DNA of 63,784 nt, counting the filler, from Salisapilia sapeloensis CBS 127946 (taxonomy: Eukaryota; Protista; Oomycota): assembly GCA_023334545.1 (NCBI GenBank). It is 4 parts of 4 records of this genome, joined end to end, with 100 filler letters (N's around TTAATTAATTAA, not from the genome) between each part and the next. Parts side by side here need not be neighbours in the genome. Positions count along the whole stretch, not along the records: positions 42,898 to 60,105 come from JAADVB010000341.1; positions 60,206 to 63,784 come from JAADVB010000738.1; 2 more parts are not named here. One strand, given 5' to 3'. Position numbers and translations under genes: made by a program. Positions 55,969 through 63,784 of the stretch are shown here, in pieces (position 1 is the stretch's first letter; each line of letters starts with the position of its first letter). The notes under the pieces were generated by a model. That model searched no databases and was not told where the DNA came from. It was given only the letters and a program-made list of their open reading frames with translations.

Positions 55969-58900
55969 GTGCTCATTCCGCTCTTTGCCAGCAAGAGGCC
56001 GAACGGAACGAATACAACACTTCAAAGAAACATACACAAGAAACCTTTGGTCACATCAATGTCAGAGTCAGATACAGCCAAGCTGATATCGCTTGTAGGA
56101 CAGCTCCAGCACTGTCCTCCGTCTTCAGACCAGTCAGCTCAATCTTGCGAGTTCTTGGCAGCGCGTTTTACGCAATTTGTAAAGACCATTGAGCCGGTAG
56201 AAGACTCCGATGCTGGAACAGACTGGAGACGCCAAGTGGAGGATCCGCTAGCAACCGACTTCGGACTCCAAGTGACGCAGTTTTCGACAAGTGAAGTAAA
56301 GCTTCTAAAATCTGCTTGCGACCTCTTGCGTTTAAACGTTAAGGCGAATGATGGCTTTTCGAACAAAGCAGAGAATGGCTTTCGTTGTGCGCACTGGATG
56401 CCGGAATACGGCTGTGTGATTCAAATTCAAGTGGCTAGTGCTTTCTATGTGGACATGCGACTAGTCTATCCCGATAGCTGGAAGCGTGTCGTGCATGTAC
56501 TGCCGTCTGAAAACGCTGTCCATGCTGCTGTACCGGAGACGACGTCGGTGATTAGCTGTCCTACGATCGATATTTCATTGCTGGATAAGTTTTACAAAGC
56601 CTTCTGGTCAGAGTTGGCAAAGGCACAGACTCGCCACAAGTCAGAGCGAAGTGCTGCAACGAACACCATTGGGCACCAAAAGACTCCACAGTTTATTGCG
56701 AGCCTGGTAACGCGAGCGATGGAACCACTACTAGGTCGTACCGGTGGCTATTCTGGACCTCGGGGTGGTACGACGGATGTTGGGCTTCATACTGGCGGAC
56801 AAGCACGTGGTACGTGCTGGGCACTGGTATGGGCAGCAGTGAAACAGAGCTTGCCTGGATATGGTGCTCTGTTTGATAAAGTGATGCTGACGTTTGAGCT
56901 CCATCTGCTCGTGGATGCTGTGGATCGCATTCGGTCGCTTGGCTGCACGCCAACTTCTGGTATGTGGAATTTGATGGAAGATGCCACTGGGATGCTCGAA
57001 CGCGTCGCTGTCAAAGGAGTTTCATTATTTGACGACGGCTACAGTGTGCAACTACTTTTGGAAAGATGCGACCATATCCGATCGACGTTGGATGATGCCA
57101 AACGGCGCTTGTGCCGGGGCATTGCAGATGAGTGGCACCTCCACACTGGTATCGAATTAAAACAAGCTGCAGAGGCATATAAGCAAATGAAGCTGGACAA
57201 TCTTGGCTACCAGAAAATCAACTTGACTTCTCCCAACTTGGAAGAACTACGAGCTCGACAACTGCCTATGTTGGAGTTTGCTACCCTTTGTGACGGTTCG
57301 ACCTGCACTGGACAAGAGCTGCTAGGCTGGGTGGGCGCCATCGCATCGGACCCGTGCTCCGAGACCACGCACATTCTGCAAGTGTTGCGAACAATTGAAA
57401 GATACATGTTCACTCAGGCAAGACGTCTTTGTGATGGCTCTGGATTGCTCAAAGATTCTTTTGCAGAAGATCTGCTGAAACTTGTGAATTATCATATATC
57501 CTATTTCACCAAGTGGACCACGAACAGGAAGCTGTCTGTCGATTCTATCGAGTTTGTAAAGCAAAAAAGTCGACATGTACTCGTCCTCTGGATTGCATTT
57601 GCTCTGACGCACCAGCAAGTGGCTCAAACATGGGCATTTACTGCAGATTACAGCGTGGCACTAAAGTACAAAGATCTTGAGCATCTGGTGCTGCGGGATA
57701 ATGAAGCCGTCACCGCCCTTCGTGATGTAGCTTCATACTTGCGCTTGTGGACGAATGGAAGGAATCCTATCTTTCACTTAACTCACCTGCATGGGACGCT
57801 GGACTTTGGCGAGAGAGTGGCAGCAACGGATCCAGAGTATAACAGACTGTGTCTCAAGGTGAAGCAAGATATCGAGACTTGTGTGAAGCAAAACTGGAAA
57901 CGAGTTCTCGAGAAAAAAGCTAAAGTCGAGCGATTAAAGGTCCATTTAGGTGCTGCAGAAGATGAGCTTCTGGATGCTCGTTATCGCTATCAACATGAGC
58001 AGGAACTGCTCAGTGATCGGCGGTATGCCCATCCTCGGCGACGTTACTCAACCGGGCCGCTCGATGATGCTCGAAGCAATTTACATGCAGTGGAGGCAAA
58101 CATTTCTCGTATTAAAAAGTCTATAAGAATTGCGAGAGAAATGCCGACATTTATCACAAGCCCGCTACCTTCTCTACAGACCCAAGAATCACAGGTTTTG
58201 TTCTGTATTCACATGCCGCGACAGATTGAGCTACTCGGTCAACTTTGTATGCTATCTCAACAAGCACTCGCTATGTCATGCGATATCGAGGGTGTGGATG
58301 GTCTGAACTGGCGCAATCACTTCAATGCTTATAGTTCTTATTCAGTGGAGATGAATTCGTTCATGACTGTTTCTCCTAATCTCAAAGTTCCAAACCACTA
58401 CGGTCCATCTTCAGTCGAAGAAGTACATAAGCTTGACGATATTGCTAACCGATGCGTTTGGTATCCTTGTGCAAGAGGAGTGAGACTGAAATGGGCAGAC
58501 AGAGATGGCACTTTTGTCAACCCGTTTACTACTAAACGAGAGTCCTCCGTTGCTTACTTTACTTCGAGGATGCCGAAAAGGTACGAGAAGCTTCAGTGGG
58601 CAGTGGATGCACCTGGTGGGGATAGTCGTGGCAACTATCCGTATGCAAATTTTGATTTGATACCGAACGAAGATTTTGATCGACAGTCATTTATTGCGAT
58701 GGGCTCGCTGCGAGCTTTCCCGAATCAGCAAATGAGAAAGATTTGTGCTGTCGTCAAGGAAAATAAGCTACCTTGGGCACATCCGGCAGTGAAGATAGTC
58801 ATTCAACAAGCCGTTTATCATGTAGGAGAGCTATCTGATGAGGAGCGACCAGCATTGGTGTGGAAGTCGGATATGACCAAGCATCATGGGTACGAAGTGC

Positions 58901-60105
58901 TGCTGCAAGCACTGAAGAGCACAACCGAAAACTTGTCGAACACACCTCGCCACTTTACGTCGGTAGGGTTACTAAGTGAACTCACTGGGTGGCTCTCTCA
59001 GTATGACGAAGGCGCAATTCCAATCGTTCGTGAGTACGTCGCTATGTGTCGCAAGTGGGCTACGAACTGTCGAACGGAGTGCGACGCAAAGAAGTCGTAT
59101 AAGGCGAGTGAAGTCGCTGAACTTCGCGCGATGGAGTGTGTATTGTACGCTTATGCCATTCTGAGTATGTCTGTGGGCGAGCCAGACGCAGACTGCAGTC
59201 GTGAGATTTGTGAGTTGATTGTGCTCTTCCATAATGCCAAGCTATTTTCTGGCAATACGCCGCATTGGGGTGCGATTCAGATGATGGAGACAGAGATTGA
59301 AGAGATGATGGCGCGTGACTGTGTCCACATCCTGAGCAGCGTCAATCAAAAGTCTCTATGGGATATAATGGTATCTCAATTGGATCGTCGGCGCTCCCAA
59401 TTCTTAACATCTCTCGTGGAGCTCGTGAGCTCAAGCGTAACAAAGGGTTTGTCCTGGACGCTAGTCCAGTCTACGGATAATGCAGAGACGGGCTCATCGT
59501 CATGCTTTGAAGCCTACGATGCATCGTCCGAGACACACTACGCGCTTAACGTGCTCAATGGAATCGTGTTGACCGACGGCGCAGAGCCCGGGGGTGTTCC
59601 ATCTTTCATCCGGAAAATGGCACAATTCCAAGAGCTGTTTGGCGACCGCGACTTTGAAGTGTCGCGAAACAAGGACACGTACACATCAGTTCGTCGAATT
59701 GGGAGGCGCTATTACAAGATTGCAAGTGTAGAGGGTAGCCTGTGGATTGAAGAGAGCACCGTGGGCGACTTTTCCTCTAACACTTTGCAACTTTGTAAGA
59801 CGGAATGGCGCGAGAAGTTAAAGCGTGTGTACCCATCACGACTGCATGAAATGTATTCTCACTGGTATTCTGTGGATGAAGACTGCGTTATATTGCGTCC
59901 AAAGTCTGCCATAGATCGCTCCATCTACTACGTCATCCAGTTTGGTATCAACGGAGAAAGTTTCTGCTACGAAGTGCCTCGTGCAGAGACGGACTGGTCG
60001 CTAGATAAGATCATGAAGAGGCTACAGGACTACGACGCATTGGTGCGCGATGAAAAGAATGTGTGCTGTGCGCTCAAAAAGTTTGAGTCGCGGGAGCTGA
60101 TCCAC
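55969..60105 (+). CDS. Very large uncharacterised protein, partial (open at the gap); possibly DUF3638/DUF3645-type
   Basis: More than 1370 open codons; first ATG at 56059. Motifs GPRGGTTDVGLHTGG, SRGNYPYA, GSLRAFPNQQ. The family assignment is from memory only. Confidence 0.75.
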
Positions 60106-60205
60106 NNNNNNNNNNNNNNNNNNNNNNNNNNNNNNNNNNNNNNNNNNNNTTAATTAATTAANNNNNNNNNNNNNNNNNNNNNNNNNNNNNNNNNNNNNNN
60201 NNNNN
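60106..60205. other. Assembly spacer with six-frame stop linker
   Basis: N run, TTAATTAATTAA, N run. Confidence 0.97.
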
Positions 60206-60354
60206 GCGACGTAAGCATAGGACGAACCGCCAAAGACTCAGGCATTGATTCCTATTATAGTGTTTGTGTATTTTTGATCACGCGTACTGTTTTTTGCTTA
60301 ATACCTAACTCTCTGCTCAACGAGCACGGTCGAAGTACCTATATAGCTCATTTA
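60206..60354 (+). repeat. Left arm of a 149-bp inverted repeat
   Basis: Reverse complement of 63636-63784 with one mismatch. Confidence 0.97.
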
Positions 60355-60631
60355 ATAAGGCATAAGTGCTTGCGCCGACTGACACTCCTTGCGACGGGTT
60401 TCGTGCTATCTGTAGACAGTGCCTTGTTCAATTGTGCATCACACCATGGTCTTTGATGATGCTTATCGTTTCGGTTGAAAAGTATGCAATTGGTAGCTTG
60501 AAAGTAGAAAAGATGTCGTGTTCGTGTGTTGTCATGCAATGTCTTTCCAGCAGTTGGTTTTTTGAAACTCTTTCTGCTCGGTAAACTATCATCGCTTTCC
60601 TCGAGATATGTGGTATTCAAGCATTCCAGGC

Positions 60632-62642
60632 TTAGTCTAGCTCGGTCGTCTTGTTCATACCCCTACATTCCAGTGCAAAATTTAGTCAACGCCGCTTTTT
60701 AAAACACGTTTCTGATCACTTACGAAGAATTGGACTCTGAGCCATCAGCTTCATCCTTCGTCGAGCCGTCGCCAGAGTTTCTACAGGTCAATGTGGATGA
60801 ACACCAATCTCACATAAACAGGAATGCTCGTATCCAATTACGAAGAATCGGACTCTGGGCCACCAGCTTCGTCTATCGTCGAGTCGTCGTTGCAACTCCT
60901 ATAACCCAATCCGAACTTTGATTAGCTGTGCATTAGTATGTGCACTTGTGGTCACCTACGAAATGTCAAGCTGTAGGCCGCCATCTTCATCATCGAGCGG
61001 ATTGCCCATGAAATACCTACAATTCAATACAAACTTTAATCAGTTTTATATGATAAAGAAACTCATGCCCACTTACGCTTTTATGTTGCTAGAATCCATG
61101 TAGCTTTGCACCAGTAAAGATTCATTTCGATCACGGGTTGCAAATGGTAAGGGAAGGAATCCTATACGACCCAGATTGTTGTACTGAAGGTGCCTATATC
61201 ATGCAAGTGTTCATGAATCGTTTGATGTGTACTACAACTCTTTTATCCGTGAATTAAATCATGAGTTCATACACTTTCTTGATATGCGGTATATTCGCGG
61301 TGACATTGGATAGACTGTTGTTCTTCACGAACCTGCACAAGATTAAATCTACATTAGAAAAAGAGGCGAAGGGCATGATCAAGAGGAACGTACACATGCT
61401 CCAGATTAGGCCACGAGCCATTCCATTTCTTCATTTTCGTTTCCTCCACGAGCCTAATATTCATTCAGCAAAACACTTTTCCAAAATACATATAAGAGCA
61501 TCATGACATACAGTATCTTCGCCGAACCAAGCGTAACATCGTGCGGCTCACCAAGGAATGTAATGTTGTTCCCATTCAAGTCGCTGATCAGTTCGTTTAG
61601 TCGTATGATTCTTAGGAGAGGCATCGTGATACATACATTTTTCGAGATACTCGCACTTGTTTCCACGCAGACTATCCGACGTAGACTTCTTTCTTGACAG
61701 TATCCTGCATTAAATAGTTAAGACCTTAATATATCTACTTCGCTTAGTGTATGTGCCATACAAATTCTTCAGCTTATTCCCCGAGCAGTTAAAATCCGTA
61801 AGAACATTGTAATCGAGGTATCTAGTTCACACACGAGTGGTTAGCTACTAGAAAGAGAAAATTAGCATCTTAATACTTCCTCCGTAGTGAGATTGGGCAT
61901 CGTCGCCGTAAAGTTGGGCATACTGTTATTGCATATTTTCCTACAAAACAAAAATTAATAAATGTGCGCCCTGAATTGACCATACTCGCAGACTTACAAG
62001 TCACTGAGGTGCACCCAGTTGCCAGTGATATTGTCCAATATGCCATTGGTGTTCCATCTAGGTAAAATGTATTAATAGGCTGATATTTCAACTACTAAGC
62101 TACAGTGTCTAAACGATAACTTACAGTTTATGAAGATTGGGGAATCTTTTATTATCAAGGCTCCTGATCAAGGAGTTGCTCAGATATCTGTTCACATCAA
62201 CTTTAGTAAGCGTATTATCTGCTAGTGTCCACGACCGCATCATACGCACAATTTCTTTAGGCCTGGAAACGTTCCTGATAGACTTTTGATCGGATTGCCA
62301 AGCAGTCAACTGTGTATACATCATGAGTCGAGGTCCATTTATTAATACGCATTTCAAGGTGCTTTACAGAGTCTCGACGTATTGAAATTGAGCCGAGTCG
62401 ATCTTCGTGATCTTATTTCCGTGCAACATACTACAGTTCGTAAAGCGTTAGACATATCTTTTCATAATACTCAAACCAATTTAAGTACATTGCTTTTTAA
62501 AAAAGATCATATTTGTGAGCCCTTCATCATCAATGTTCTTGTTCCGATAGTCTCCAACAGTAGTAGTCTCCTGAGCATATATGCCCGTCAATGCCTAGAG
62601 TAAGAGGGTAACGTGTATGATTTCTTGATCGATGCACTTCAT
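60632..62642 (-). pseudogene. Micro-exon LRR gene (secreted or receptor ectodomain) with lesions
   Basis: Phase-2 exons with AG acceptors: 62368-62430, 62250-62309, 62125-62187, 61998-62057, 61881-61940, 61762-61821, 61512-61583, 61394-61453, 61273-61332, 61077-61193, 60960-61016, 60842-60898, 60724-60780. Putative signal exon from ATG 62642. Lesions: TAG 62595-62597, TGA 62306-62308, GG donor at 61880. Confidence 0.8.
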
Positions 62643-63635
62643 CGTAGTTGGAAGGAGGGAGTGGTCGCTGGTGAGAAAATTGAGACGTAAGAGATGAAAA
62701 GTGGGGTACGAAATCAATCGACCCAGAGCGAGGCATCAAGGGGAATCTTTTTGAAGGTACCATGCATTAATATTTTAGCAGTGTTCGAATGGAGTCGAGT
62801 TAAAGAGATTACCTCTCGGGTCATATGCGGTCGTGAACCTATTCGATCGCAGATCATGCGGGTTCACATATCGACAGATCAAAATGGACACATGGATGGA
62901 ATTATAAATGCAAGTTTAGACATTTACGACAGCTATTACGCGCGAGTTCATGTCCATTCCATAGCTTCATATCCTCAATGGCGTGCGTTGGGACATCATA
63001 ATTCGAAAGCTATAAAGACAGGATGTATACGACAGCAATTTCTCTGGCTTTATTTGTTGGGGGCAATGCAGGGTCATGATCAGCTCATGAGCCTTCATCG
63101 ACAATCGCGCAAGTTTAAAAATAGCTGAAGAAAGAGGAACTACTAATGAAGTGAGCATAGAAACTGCACGAGTAAGTGAAAACACTTCCTTGAAGCGATA
63201 AGTTCCCAAAGGTAAACACGAATTCTTATGGAAACCCCTGTAGAAGCTTGAAAGATCAGAGTATCATCCATTAAAATTAGATCCACTTAAAAATATCACT
63301 CATGTAATAACATACCATCCAATCTTGACACCAGCTTTTAATGGTTAGCGTCTTTGATTCGAAGATGCTTTGAGGCTGCATATACATTTGAAGAATTTCG
63401 AAATTAAACTGCGCTCATCCTTTGTACGTGTCTTCTATTAGATTGATGCCTGTCCTTCCAAAAGTACCTATTACTGTTATCCCGAGTCACGTACCAAACG
63501 ATCCCTCAACGTTGACTTGACACGAAAGTAAGAAGATGCTGAGTGTCAGCTGTAGTAAGTGCTTTATTCCTTTGACTCGTCCAACATGCTGGCGATATAT
63601 GCAGTCAAACCGGCATGCATGCTAGTATGATTGAA

Positions 63636-63784
63636 TAAATGAACTATATAGGTACTTCGACCGTGCTCGTTGAGCAGAGAGTTAGGTATTAAGCAAAAAA
63701 CAGTACGCGTGATCAAAAATACACAAACACTATAATAGGAATCAATGCCTGAGTCTTTGGCGGTTCGTCCTATGCTTACGTCGC
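63636..63784 (-). repeat. Right arm of the 149-bp inverted repeat
   Basis: Reverse complement of 60206-60354. Confidence 0.97.

Noticed and set aside
1104-60105. Genome-wide reassignment of TAG/TAA to Gln
   Set aside because: ORFs of 1000-2400 codons contain no internal TAR, and conserved genes (GDH, MRPL47, AA17) end at TAG where expected.
1-63784. tRNA, rRNA or snRNA genes
   Set aside because: None recognised by eye; tRNAscan-SE or Infernal would be needed to exclude them.

Overview
Eukaryotic DNA from an oomycete. The evidence is 53-85 nt GT-AG introns, Inr/FPR core promoters, AA17 LPMOs and START-FYVE genes. The window holds four contigs (1-31465, 31566-42797, 42898-60105, 60206-63784) joined by 100-nt N spacers containing the six-frame stop linker TTAATTAATTAA, so adjacency across the gaps is unproven. 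Housekeeping and trafficking genes: VPS9 GEF, two START-FYVE genes, a UVR/coiled-coil protein, MRPL47, NAD-GDH, PDH E2, an NDUFA7-like gene, an RME-8-like gene, two alpha/beta hydrolases, an SDR, FAM21 and a GPH sugar transporter. Accessory content: a cluster of secreted acidic or Cys-rich proteins, two AA17 LPMO copies bracketing a decayed trypsin gene, and a retroelement RNase H remnant. The most notable item is absent from the ORF track. The last contig carries a secreted-type LRR gene built from about 14 exons, almost all symmetrical phase-2 micro-exons of 57-72 nt with one repeat per exon. It has several lesions, stops before any TM or kinase region, and lies between inverted repeats of at least 149 bp. 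Other leads: ten tepsin-like AP-4-binding motifs in the coiled-coil protein, an RME-8 paralogue with no J domain, and four in-frame TAG codons just upstream of an otherwise open 4.1-kb ORF. All translations and counts were done by eye; no database searches were run.
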